The notes beneath the pieces are model-generated. The model ran no database searches. It had not been told where the DNA came from and worked only from the letters and a program-made list of their open reading frames with translations. The translations under genes were made by a program, and so were the position numbers. This document shows positions 1 to 8,136 of a stretch of 64,000 bases of DNA, piece by piece (the stretch's first letter is position 1; each line of letters begins with the position of its first letter). The DNA comes from a virus. The stretch covers positions 32,001-96,000 of IMG/VR virus record IMGVR_UViG_3300044609_000960; one strand, written 5' to 3'.

Positions 1-336
1 ATCAAACGCATTCAAGTTAAAGAAACTCAACGATACTGGGGAGATTTTGAAGGTTCTCTTGATAGTATTATTGCTTCACTCCAGAGGGAATTGGATGCTG
101 GTTGGGAAGGTATTGTGATTGAATATGAACGAGATTATGGTGATTGTCACGACCAAGAAGTTCCTTATCTTTACAAGCATCGGGAAGAAACTGACAAAGA
201 GTATGAGAAACGAATGAAACAACTGGAGAAAGAAAAAGCAGAAAAAGCAAAAGCAAAGGAACGAAAACTTCAACAACTCAAGAAAGACCTTGCTAATCTA
301 ACTGATGATGAACTCAAACAACTTGGAGTAAAATGA
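1..336 (+). CDS. hypothetical protein, 5'-truncated by window edge
   Basis: Frame of the 91..336 ORF is open back to base 1 (IKRIQVKETQRYWGDFEG...); charged coiled-coil C-terminus; overlaps next start by ATGA. Confidence 0.75.
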   Translation: MKRIQVKETQRYWGDFEGSLDSIIASLQRELDAGWEGIVIEYERDYGDCHDQEVPYLYKHREETDKEYEKRMKQLEKEKAEKAKAKERKLQQLKKDLANLTDDELKQLGVK

Positions 337-518
337 TTGAACGAGCAAAATTCACACACGTCACACGAGTGATTGACCCAAAGACACGCATTCATTATCT
401 GGATGCTGTTGATGAGAATGGACGACACTGGACTGCCCAGATGACACATACAGAAGAGCCTTGGATTATCTACAAGGAAGTTTGGAAAGAAGACCCACAG
501 CAACCTTACATTCTATGA
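333..518 (+). CDS. small hypothetical phage protein
   Basis: 61 aa; GGAG upstream; ATGA overlaps at both ends. Confidence 0.7.
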   Translation: MIERAKFTHVTRVIDPKTRIHYLDAVDENGRHWTAQMTHTEEPWIIYKEVWKEDPQQPYIL

Positions 519-1129
519 CTGAAACCGACATTTCAAAAGTTCTCATTGAAGGAGAATACGCAACTATTATGGGCGTAAAGTATAAGAGAGTGGAAGAACC
601 AAAACCAAGAATGAACTTTCTATTTGATGGAAAGTGTGAGGTTGTTTCTTATAACAAAAAATCTTATTATCGTTTTGAATTTCTTGATGAGATTTATTGG
701 TATAAGAGAACCAGTCATGAGACCTACTTAGATTTGAAGTTAGAACGCATTACTGATGGTGAAACTCATCGTCTTCTTGAAGGTGTGTGGTTCAATGATG
801 TAAAGAAGGGAAAGTATGATGAACCTTATTGTCCCGATGAACCAGAACATTATGATGAAGTAGAGTGGGATGAGAAGGATAATCCCCAGTATCGTATTAC
901 TGACGAAGTAGTTGATAAATTAATCAAACAACAACAAGCACAAAAACTTTTTAATAGATTGGTAGATGAACTTGGTTATGATTTTGATGCTTGTAATGAT
1001 GTTGTAAATTTGGTTGAGGACTGGTTGCCGAAAGAGCAATCAGCAGCAGGAAGTCAGAATGTAAATACTGAATTGCTTGTAGATGGATTTAATGATTGTT
1101 TGCGTAAAATTAAGGGGATGCTACGATGA
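515..1129 (+). CDS. hypothetical phage protein
   Basis: Start moved from 461 to ATG 515 (ATGA overlap with upstream stop). Confidence 0.7.
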   Translation: MTETDISKVLIEGEYATIMGVKYKRVEEPKPRMNFLFDGKCEVVSYNKKSYYRFEFLDEIYWYKRTSHETYLDLKLERITDGETHRLLEGVWFNDVKKGKYDEPYCPDEPEHYDEVEWDEKDNPQYRITDEVVDKLIKQQQAQKLFNRLVDELGYDFDACNDVVNLVEDWLPKEQSAAGSQNVNTELLVDGFNDCLRKIKGMLR

Positions 1130-1353
1130 GATACAATCCAGCAGATTGGGACACATACACCCAAAAACAAAGAAAAGAATGGTATTATACACCAGTTGAA
1201 GAACAAAGAGAGATTGTAAACAAATCATATCTCTCACTGATTACTGATGATAATGGAAATCTTGATGCTTTGAAAATCGTTGAGATTATTATGGATTTAC
1301 AAGACCGAGTAGACGACCTTGAAATTGAATGTGTGAGGAAAGAGTATTACTAA
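1126..1353 (+). CDS. hypothetical phage protein
   Basis: 75 aa; ATGA-coupled. Confidence 0.65.
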   Translation: MRYNPADWDTYTQKQRKEWYYTPVEEQREIVNKSYLSLITDDNGNLDALKIVEIIMDLQDRVDDLEIECVRKEYY

Positions 1354-1541
1354 TGACTACTAAACGAAACTTTACACAAGAACTCCTATACACATATTAT
1401 AATGATATGGAAGGTGGAGACGATATTGAAAGCATTGATTATCGTTCTTTGATTCACATCATCACCGAACTTCATAACAGGATCGAGAAACTTGAGGCAT
1501 GGAAAGATCGCGTGCAAAAAACTGCTAAGGAGATCAAATGA
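1353..1541 (+). CDS. hypothetical phage protein
   Basis: Start at ATG 1353 (TAATG overlap); MTTKRNFTQELLYTYY... Confidence 0.65.
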   Translation: MTTKRNFTQELLYTYYNDMEGGDDIESIDYRSLIHIITELHNRIEKLEAWKDRVQKTAKEIK

Positions 1542-1783
1542 CTGAAGATGATAAGTATGCTCTTAAAGAGTTTCTCCGTGCCGTCGGTGTTACTGCCGGT
1601 GTCCTTATTATCTTCGGTATAATTTGCCTTGTGATTATTAGTTTTTCCACAGACGGTGATAAACCACTGAACTCCTCATTATTTGAAGTGGTTGACAAAT
1701 ACAAAGAATGTGATATAGTAAGGTATGCTCCGCATCAGGCAGCAGAATACAAATACTTCCTTTATTGCGAGAAGAACAAATGA
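1538..1783 (+). CDS. small membrane protein
   Basis: One hydrophobic helix (AVGVTAGVLIIFGIICLVII); AAGGAG SD; ATGA-coupled. Confidence 0.7.
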   Translation: MTEDDKYALKEFLRAVGVTAGVLIIFGIICLVIISFSTDGDKPLNSSLFEVVDKYKECDIVRYAPHQAAEYKYFLYCEKNK

Positions 1784-2070
1784 CCCATTCTGAGCATTAC
1801 TACGACTATAACCGCAACGATCCCTCCCGCCCCAACCCCTTCGACTCACTCCCCAATCCTATGGCCGAGGGGATTATGGACATCTACTACAATAATTTTT
1901 CCGACCTAGATGATAGCCCCTTTGATCGTAAATGCATTGCCGATATCCTAGAGTACACAATCAGGCAACTCCGAGAGCATCAAGAACCAGGGCATGGTCG
2001 CTTTATAATCTTTTGTGAAGATCTCTGGGACGTGGTTGATACCTTGAGAAGAGAGTCCTATAATGAATGA
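1780..2070 (+). CDS. hypothetical phage protein
   Basis: Start at ATG 1780 (ATGA overlap). Confidence 0.6.
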   Translation: MTHSEHYYDYNRNDPSRPNPFDSLPNPMAEGIMDIYYNNFSDLDDSPFDRKCIADILEYTIRQLREHQEPGHGRFIIFCEDLWDVVDTLRRESYNE

Positions 2071-2596
2071 GGATATGCCATGGGTCAACTTGACAGACAA
2101 AGAAGTAGAAGAACTCCGCGCCAAAAAGCACGAGCTCACCGAGTATGGTAAACAACGACTGAAACAACTCATGAGGAACCAAGAACCCTATCCAGACGCA
2201 ATGTTTGAAGAGGCAGAGCGACGCGAGGCAGAGCGTAGAGCCCTTGATGCTGTTGATAAACTTTACAAAGAGAATGGTGATGCTCTAAAACAACTTGCTG
2301 AAATTGAAAAAGAAGAATGGGAACGCAAAGAACGAAGTGATACTGTGCTGGCGCGGTATAATGCCTTTTATAATGATGAGTGCTCTGGTATGCCTCATGG
2401 CACACCAATCACACCGGAGCATATGCAAGCAATGACTCTGGAATGTATGATTGATGCTCTCATCTGCGAAAATATGAATGTGGAGTATAATGCGATTGCG
2501 ATTGATGATATCAAGGATTTGATTGAAGGATTGTATCGGCAGAGTGATGAGTTTTTAGAACGAGTGAGAAAACTTAAGGAGGAGAATAATGGATAA
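2063..2596 (+). CDS. hypothetical phage protein
   Basis: 177 aa, charged helical; overlaps neighbours by 8 nt. Confidence 0.7.
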   Translation: MNEDMPWVNLTDKEVEELRAKKHELTEYGKQRLKQLMRNQEPYPDAMFEEAERREAERRALDAVDKLYKENGDALKQLAEIEKEEWERKERSDTVLARYNAFYNDECSGMPHGTPITPEHMQAMTLECMIDALICENMNVEYNAIAIDDIKDLIEGLYRQSDEFLERVRKLKEENNG

Positions 2597-2879
2597 ACCA
2601 TTCTATCGGTTTTTTGTGATTGATTATTGTGCTACTGGTGAAGGTCGTTCTATCTGGTTGCAGATCTGTCGCTATGACCTCGACGGAGAAAGAGATTATG
2701 AGTTCGCAAAATTTGTAAACTTCGTGAACAATGATTATTATCTGCGTGGATGTGATGAACTTACAGAGCGAGAGTTTTTGGATAAGTATACAAGGTTTAT
2801 GCCAAACCTGATTGCTGATATGCTACAGAAGAAAACTATCGGCACATGGAAAACTCATTTGCATTTTAACCTATCATGA
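2589..2879 (+). CDS. hypothetical phage protein
   Basis: 96 aa; AAGGAGGAG SD upstream. Confidence 0.7.
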   Translation: MDKPFYRFFVIDYCATGEGRSIWLQICRYDLDGERDYEFAKFVNFVNNDYYLRGCDELTEREFLDKYTRFMPNLIADMLQKKTIGTWKTHLHFNLS

Positions 2880-3061
2880 GTCGATTTATTAAAAACCCAG
2901 ATGAGATTATCCTAGAGGATATTAAAATGGTACATTATGAAACCATGGAACAAGGCCGGGCTGTATGGCTTGGAATATACCTCAATAATGGCCAAATCTT
3001 CCATCTCAATATCGGAGGAGATAATCTCTATGTTAATTATTCAGATGAAAGCATGGATTGA
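2876..3061 (+). CDS. hypothetical phage protein
   Basis: 61 aa; ATGA-coupled. Confidence 0.65.
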   Translation: MSRFIKNPDEIILEDIKMVHYETMEQGRAVWLGIYLNNGQIFHLNIGGDNLYVNYSDESMD

Positions 3062-3245
3062 GGAGGCATGGTGGGCGTGGGGTAATGGTGTCTCATTTCG
3101 ATTCATCAACTACAATGACAACATTGACCGCCTCGCTTTTTTCGAAGAAATAAACTGTGGGTGGTACCAGATGTACATCTATCCCTACGACGATTGGTTT
3201 CTCCCATCTCGATCTCCAGAGCGTAAGATACGACTAGAACAATGA
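3045..3245 (+). CDS. Trp-rich hypothetical phage protein
   Basis: Start moved from 2937 to ATG 3045 (MKAWIEEAWWAWG...) to avoid a long overlap. Confidence 0.6.
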   Translation: MKAWIEEAWWAWGNGVSFRFINYNDNIDRLAFFEEINCGWYQMYIYPYDDWFLPSRSPERKIRLEQ

Positions 3246-3586
3246 ACCTCCCAACTTCTCTAAATAAGTGGATCATCTCAAATAAATTTATTAAGCATAC
3301 CCCATTCTGGTGGTGGTATCGTCTGATTTCCCATGACAGATTCCGCCTCGGTGACTATCACATCTACCCAGAGTTTTGGCATTCTTTAAATGGAGGATGG
3401 GAACACATGGAATACGTATATAAGTTCGAGGAGTTTTGGGGTAAAGATTCCTATCCACCAGAATGTATTACTGTCTCTGAAGAGGCTTATGATGAGTTGT
3501 TACGACGTATCCACTCTCCCCCAGATCCTGTTAAAATAGAGAGGTTAAAAGAAATACTGAATCGTAAAGCCCCTTGGGAGGATTAA
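3242..3586 (+). CDS. Trp-rich hypothetical phage protein
   Basis: 114 aa; ATGA-coupled; shares an F-x4-N-x-GW-x2-M motif with the upstream ORF. Confidence 0.65.
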   Translation: MNLPTSLNKWIISNKFIKHTPFWWWYRLISHDRFRLGDYHIYPEFWHSLNGGWEHMEYVYKFEEFWGKDSYPPECITVSEEAYDELLRRIHSPPDPVKIERLKEILNRKAPWED

Positions 3587-3587
3587 A

Positions 3588-3755
3588 ATGAAACCTGAAT
3601 TTTCTCAACGTCAATACAAACTCATTTACCACGCCATCCGCCGATACCAAATCGAAAAAACCGTGCTTAATAGTTCTGAATACCATGACTGTAATGAAAT
3701 TCTTGACGAACTCTTTGACCATGTCTACACCCAGCACAAGGAGCAAGTAACATGA
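3588..3755 (+). CDS. small hypothetical protein (55 aa, not in ORF track)
   Basis: Hand translation MKPEFSQRQYKLIYHAIRRYQIEKTVLNSSEYHDCNEILDELFDHVYTQHKEQVT; GGAGG SD; fills the gap in the operon. Confidence 0.65.
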   Translation: MKPEFSQRQYKLIYHAIRRYQIEKTVLNSSEYHDCNEILDELFDHVYTQHKEQVT

Positions 3756-3916
3756 TTGAGTGCATAGAAGAATGTGATGGATCCCTAACATTCTCATGGG
3801 ACGAAAACGATCCAGTTGAAAGAGTCTTGAATACTTGGACAGAGCAAGACTTCATCGATGCCATTATGGCCCAAATTAATTGCTTAAAGGAGGCAGAAGT
3901 TAATGGGGATGTTTGA
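3752..3916 (+). CDS. small hypothetical protein (54 aa, not in ORF track)
   Basis: Hand translation MIECIEECDGSLTFSWDENDPVERVLNTWTEQDFIDAIMAQINCLKEAEVNGDV; AAGGAG SD; ATGA overlap. Confidence 0.65.
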   Translation: MIECIEECDGSLTFSWDENDPVERVLNTWTEQDFIDAIMAQINCLKEAEVNGDV

Positions 3917-4319
3917 TTACTTCCGATCATCTTATGACCTTGGAGAACCCTTTACCGAGGTAGAGTGCCAGACAAAAGACATGGAGAGGGGCATAGGTGG
4001 CACTATGAGTACCTATTGGCTCGATCCTAGTGGGAGGTTGTGGCTTATTGACACCCGTGAAGCCTTTGACTTTGGTGAGGATCCAAACTGGGTCGATGAT
4101 GGGAAAAAAATTTCCGCTCTGTTTAGGTATAAATTTTTACCAAATGGCAAGCATGGGAAGGTAACTCTTCATGACATCACAGACTACGTCTGCGTATATC
4201 CTGCTCGATGGGACGGGGAATGGGAGGACTGGCCAACTTGCCGAATACATTTTATCCGTGGAGTATTACAGGGCTATGAAAACATCTCTAAAATGGACTC
4301 GTATAAGTCCTCTGATTAA
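3903..4319 (+). CDS. conserved hypothetical phage protein
   Basis: MGMFDY...QTKD N-terminus typical of a widespread phage hypothetical family; AAGGAGG SD. Confidence 0.75.
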   Translation: MGMFDYFRSSYDLGEPFTEVECQTKDMERGIGGTMSTYWLDPSGRLWLIDTREAFDFGEDPNWVDDGKKISALFRYKFLPNGKHGKVTLHDITDYVCVYPARWDGEWEDWPTCRIHFIRGVLQGYENISKMDSYKSSD

Positions 4320-4401
4320 TCTTGGATTTAAAACTTTTACTATATTTTCCCTCATTACAGCATTTATATATTGGGGGCTTAATAACGCTTACCAAAAATG
4401 A
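4276..4401 (+). CDS. small membrane peptide
   Basis: Start moved to ATG 4276; C-terminal TM helix (FTIFSLITAFIYWGL); ATGA overlap with next gene. Confidence 0.45.
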   Translation: MKTSLKWTRISPLINLGFKTFTIFSLITAFIYWGLNNAYQK

Positions 4402-4676
4402 CTAAATTTGAAGAAATAAACGAGTACTTTATGGCAGAGCATGGCTTTGCCTTATTCCTTATCGAGGAACCCTATCTCATGATGAGGAAACGCAAAACAG
4501 CAAGATGGGTTGGATCTGCTGATCCAAATATCACATTACTTAAACGGAATGGGAAGCCTACCACTCGTTATCCCAAATCCCGTGGTATAATTATGAACGG
4601 TGGGTTCAGGCCTATATCTCTGAACACTCTGGTATCAAATCTTAAGGACAACCGTCCTCTCTATTCCAAGATCTGA
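4398..4676 (+). CDS. hypothetical phage protein
   Basis: 92 aa, basic; last ORF of the coupled run. Confidence 0.6.
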   Translation: MTKFEEINEYFMAEHGFALFLIEEPYLMMRKRKTARWVGSADPNITLLKRNGKPTTRYPKSRGIIMNGGFRPISLNTLVSNLKDNRPLYSKI

Positions 4677-4681
4677 TTTCA

Positions 4682-4689
4682 GTTTAAAG
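4682..4689 (+). promoter_or_regulatory. putative phage late promoter GTTTAAAG (rlpA-like gene, long leader)
   Basis: Exact motif copy in the intergenic gap. Confidence 0.55.
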
Positions 4690-4829
4690 TTAAATTCAAC
4701 TATTTATCAAGCCTCTGAGACTTATCCTCATGCTTAATGGGTAGTTGTCATGGTATCTCTAATTCATCTATAAACAATTGCAGATTGCAAAGATGACCCT
4801 GGAATATCGTGTCCATTACATCGGAGCTC

Positions 4830-5183
4830 ATGAAAAAAACTTTAGTTACCCTAGCCCTGGCTAGTCTTTCTCTTATCCCTCTTTCTGCAAGAGCAGGACA
4901 ACAATGCGGAGAAGCAAGTTATTATGGATTAGGGGACGGATATCAAGGTGGAATTACTGCATCTGGTCGAAGGTTTGATACATGGTCAAACCAGGCAGCT
5001 CACAAATGGCTACCCTTTGGTACTGTTGTTACTGTGACTGCTAATGGCCGAAGCACGAGAGCAGTGATCACCGACCGCGGACCTTTTGTCGGCGGAAGGG
5101 TCATCGACTTATCGGCTAAGTCCTTTGGCGATCTTGGTCCACTCTCACGAGGAGTACACAATGTCTGCATCTCGTGGAGATGA
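4830..5183 (+). CDS. rlpA: RlpA-like double-psi beta-barrel lytic transglycosylase with signal peptide
   Basis: GEASYY, TASG-x-RF, AAHKWLPFGT, ITDRGPF-x-GGRVIDLS motifs; MKK plus hydrophobic signal; ATG 4830 preferred over GTG 4809. Confidence 0.9.
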   Translation: MKKTLVTLALASLSLIPLSARAGQQCGEASYYGLGDGYQGGITASGRRFDTWSNQAAHKWLPFGTVVTVTANGRSTRAVITDRGPFVGGRVIDLSAKSFGDLGPLSRGVHNVCISWR

Positions 5184-5209
5184 GATAACTAACAACTGAA
5201 TACAAAGTT

Positions 5210-5236
5210 AGCCCCGAGCAAGAGCCTGGGGCTTTA
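5210..5236. terminator. hairpin terminator between convergent rlpA and dps
   Basis: AGCCCC...GGGGCT stem followed by TT. Confidence 0.6.
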
Positions 5237-5241
5237 AAGTA

Positions 5242-5655
5242 TCAAAGTTCTTCTAAAACTGAACCTAATAAATACTCAATAGTGTTACAATCGGAAAGTA
5301 TATCCTCTACAATATTTACTATTCCGTAATTGCGTCCACTCTCCGCTTCTTCTCTGAGTCTTTCCAGCCCTTCTCTGAATTCTCCATTAAGTCTTTGAAG
5401 TCCATCACAGAGATCAGACGCAGTGGCCCATGTTAGTTCAGGCACGGAGTTAAAGATGGATGCTCTGATCTCAATCCTTGCACCTCTTGCTTGTTCGGCC
5501 AAAATATCTACTTTTTCCTGTACCATCTCGTAGATCTTTTCAAAGAGTAGATGGAACTGATAAAAATTTGTGCCAACAATATTCCAATGTGCTAATCTAG
5601 CAGCACCTAAGAGATTATTTTGGAGTTCTAAAGCTTGGAGGAATAAAGTTTCCAT
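5242..5655 (-). CDS. dps: Dps / mini-ferritin family protein
   Basis: HWNIVGTNFYQFHLLFEKIYE...VDILAEQAR matches the Dps ferroxidase signature HWNxxGxxFxxxHxxFExxY...DxxAE. Confidence 0.85.
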   Translation of the reverse strand: METLFLQALELQNNLLGAARLAHWNIVGTNFYQFHLLFEKIYEMVQEKVDILAEQARGARIEIRASIFNSVPELTWATASDLCDGLQRLNGEFREGLERLREEAESGRNYGIVNIVEDILSDCNTIEYLLGSVLEEL

Positions 5656-5657
5656 AT

Positions 5658-6587
5658 TTAACTATTGTAATTTTTATTAATTCCAAAGGGGATTTCTTGG
5701 AGCGCGGAGGTTAATGGATCTGAGTTAGGCACTGTTCCGGCCTCATTTCTCCATAGTCCAGAGTCTATCTTTAACTTAAACCAATCTGGGTAAGGATTGA
5801 CATTCCCCTTATAACATTTCCAAACTTTTTGTAGATTACCCGACGTTACCTTGGTATTATCTACTACTCGAGTACCATCATCGTCTATTGAATAGGCAAT
5901 TCTAGGAATAAATTCGTAGGTAGCTGTGCCATCCAATTCCTCAGAACATTCCAACTCAAGAGAATCTGATATTCCTCGTGGGCATCTAGGATCTTCTACA
6001 ATATACTCCTCTGTATATTCTGTATTTATGACCCGTCTCCAAACAGCCAATCCAGTAAACTTCTGATTAGGGTCTAAAAGACATTTACGTTTTGGCAAGA
6101 AGTCTTCGATAGAGATGGGGTCAAATGCAGCACATGGTTGAGAGTAAAATCTTCCATCAGCAACTAGAACCTCAACGGAATAAGTTTGTTCGTAAATAAA
6201 CTGAGATGCATCAGTAACTTGAACAAATCTCTCATTCTCTAATTCAAATCCGGTTTGGAATTCAAGACCCGGCACCTCTGGTACCCATCCAGTTACAGAG
6301 TCGGCAATAAGATCGAGGATTGGGAGAGAAAAACTATGTCCTTCTCTTTGGGTTTGCTTCTGGATGAGAGTTATAGTATAAGTAAGCTTTCTATTCCTAA
6401 TAGTAGGAATATAGGCGCCTTTATTTGGGTTATTTGTAGAGCTGGATGAAAAACTGACAATAATCATTGCCTGTTCAGCAACTCTTCCCGACTCATCGAT
6501 CTCCTCAGCAAGACGAATCACCACAGCGCTCTGTCCAAGAGTCCCATGGACCCTCTTATGGAGTTGATTCTCAATCTCTAAGAGCAT
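5658..6587 (-). CDS. Mu gp37-like tail terminator/neck protein with Cys-containing C-terminal extension
   Basis: N-terminal ~145 aa (EIENQLHKRV...ILDLIADSVTGWVP...YEQTY) resembles the Gp37 family; position after the gp36-like gene. Confidence 0.55.
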   Translation of the reverse strand: MLLEIENQLHKRVHGTLGQSAVVIRLAEEIDESGRVAEQAMIIVSFSSSSTNNPNKGAYIPTIRNRKLTYTITLIQKQTQREGHSFSLPILDLIADSVTGWVPEVPGLEFQTGFELENERFVQVTDASQFIYEQTYSVEVLVADGRFYSQPCAAFDPISIEDFLPKRKCLLDPNQKFTGLAVWRRVINTEYTEEYIVEDPRCPRGISDSLELECSEELDGTATYEFIPRIAYSIDDDGTRVVDNTKVTSGNLQKVWKCYKGNVNPYPDWFKLKIDSGLWRNEAGTVPNSDPLTSALQEIPFGINKNYNS

Positions 6588-6590
6588 GGA

Positions 6591-6929
6591 TTAAAATTCC
6601 CCGCCGCTAATAAAATCTTGAAGTTCCCAGAAGCCTGTTGTGTAGTTATATAGCAAAGCATCTCCAGGTTTTACATTACGAATAAACCGCACATTGGCAA
6701 GATCTTGGATCTTACGATTTGCTTCCAACTCGATTACATATTGTCTTAGAGAGGCCGCATCTTGCTTATACTCACTCCCATCTGGGAATACGCCGATCCT
6801 GCCTCCAAGAACACCATACTGAGAACCATAATAACATCCACCACCAGACCCATCTGCCACAAGGTAAAATCCTGCTCCGTCAGGAGCAGCGGGGTTAAAT
6901 GGATCATAGCCATAAGTCTGATTTGCCAT
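6591..6929 (-). CDS. small virion protein with a fibre-type repeat
   Basis: IQDLANV...GDALLYNYTTGFW resembles the L-x-DL-x-DV...G-x-VL-x-Y...W fibre motif. Confidence 0.5.
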   Translation of the reverse strand: MANQTYGYDPFNPAAPDGAGFYLVADGSGGGCYYGSQYGVLGGRIGVFPDGSEYKQDAASLRQYVIELEANRKIQDLANVRFIRNVKPGDALLYNYTTGFWELQDFISGGEF

Positions 6930-7723
6930 TAGAACGTGTCTCCTGTTTGTAATCCGTCGTAATTATCAAATGTACCATCGGCAGTTTCCGTGGTATTTAT
7001 TGCGTTAAGTGTATCTCCGTCTTGTGGATCAACAGCATCTGAAGTATTTGTAAACGCAGAGAGATCTCTTGTGGATTCAAGTGCATCTACTAGTTGATTA
7101 ATATCAAGAGCCGATCCGGGCATTGTTGTTTCAATGCCAAGTGCGTTTCCATCAAGAGCTTCTGAATATGTCCGTGGTGAGGACATGGCTTCTTTACGTG
7201 GGAATTGGAAGAAACGATTATTTCCGCCTTCTCTTTGAACCCAACGATTTGTGGAATTTTCCGTGAAACTTCTACCCCTTCTATAGGAACTCTTAGTCAT
7301 TGAGCAAGCACCGCCCCAATAGCGATATGCTTCTTGCCATTTAAGTCCGGTGGATGGAGAGGCTTTAGCCGCCCATAATTCGAGTTGCTGAAGAGCTTGT
7401 TCAGCAGCATCAATTACTTGTTGACGTGGGCGGAGAATATCTAAATACCATCGAGCCAAGATGGCCTGGGTACGACGATAAGACCCAGCAATAAGAATCT
7501 TCCCTTGAGGTGGGGCCGTTAGTATATAATTATTAATTAACGTCGCAGCATCATTAAGAGCAATTTGGATCTTATCAAAATTGATATTATTTCCTGTTGG
7601 ATTGTCAATATTTGACAACTCCACGGCTTCTTGATATCCAAAAACCTCAATAAAGTAATCCACAGTTGCCGGATTACAATTATCCGCTACTCCAAACTTG
7701 TCTGGATAAGGAGAATTCGGCAT
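6929..7723 (-). CDS. Mu gp36-like head-tail adaptor (DUF1320) with C-terminal extension
   Basis: ATVDYFIEVFG...ELSN...KIQIALNDAATLINNYI...ILARWYL pattern; downstream of capsid gene. Confidence 0.75.
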   Translation of the reverse strand: MPNSPYPDKFGVADNCNPATVDYFIEVFGYQEAVELSNIDNPTGNNINFDKIQIALNDAATLINNYILTAPPQGKILIAGSYRRTQAILARWYLDILRPRQQVIDAAEQALQQLELWAAKASPSTGLKWQEAYRYWGGACSMTKSSYRRGRSFTENSTNRWVQREGGNNRFFQFPRKEAMSSPRTYSEALDGNALGIETTMPGSALDINQLVDALESTRDLSAFTNTSDAVDPQDGDTLNAINTTETADGTFDNYDGLQTGDTF

Positions 7724-7747
7724 AATTTAAGTCTATTCCTACTAGAA

Positions 7748-7755
7748 CTTTAAAC
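7748..7755 (-). promoter_or_regulatory. putative late promoter GTTTAAAG (gp36-like to dps operon)
   Basis: 24 nt upstream of ATG 7723. Confidence 0.65.
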
Positions 7756-7757
7756 TA

Positions 7758-7766
7758 TGGTATAAT
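7758..7766 (+). promoter_or_regulatory. extended -10 sigma70-type promoter TGGTATAAT
   Basis: Perfect TGnTATAAT, 7 nt before ATG 7774. Confidence 0.5.
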
Positions 7767-7767
7767 T

Positions 7768-8091
7768 ATGCGTATGAGTCTACATAGCGCCTATCTTAAG
7801 TCCTTAGAATTAGCCTTAAATAGGAATATAAGAACAGATACATTCGTAATTAGAAGAACTGTATCTTATCTTAAAAAAGCAGTTTCAGATATCTATGATT
7901 CGGATCCTAAGATTGTCCGTCAAATCTCCGATAAACTCGATGAGTATTTAAACTCAACGGTCCATCTTGAGGTACAGTTAGAGACACTCTTTGGAGATAA
8001 TAATGATCCACTAAGCAATAGAATTTATGAAGTAAATATCGCAAAACTTCACGAACTCAAAGCTAAGGTAGATTTTTTCTTATCACCATAA
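7768..8091 (+). CDS. hypothetical protein inserted antisense in the head cluster (start may be ATG 7774)
   Basis: 107 aa helical ORF filling the gap between the gp36-like gene and the capsid terminator. Confidence 0.65.
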   Translation: MRMSLHSAYLKSLELALNRNIRTDTFVIRRTVSYLKKAVSDIYDSDPKIVRQISDKLDEYLNSTVHLEVQLETLFGDNNDPLSNRIYEVNIAKLHELKAKVDFFLSP

Positions 8092-8114
8092 AAAAAAAGA
8101 GGCCCGAAGGCCTC
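8090..8114 (-). terminator. rho-independent terminator of the capsid operon
   Basis: Minus strand GAGGCC-TTCG-GGCCTC followed by T9. Confidence 0.9.
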
Positions 8115-8136
8115 AAAGAGATTATAGTGATTAGGC

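Noticed and set aside
4583-4595. TGGTATAATTATG identical to the string at 7758
   Set aside because: It lies inside the 92-aa ORF with no clear -35 and no obvious separate gene to drive; may be chance.
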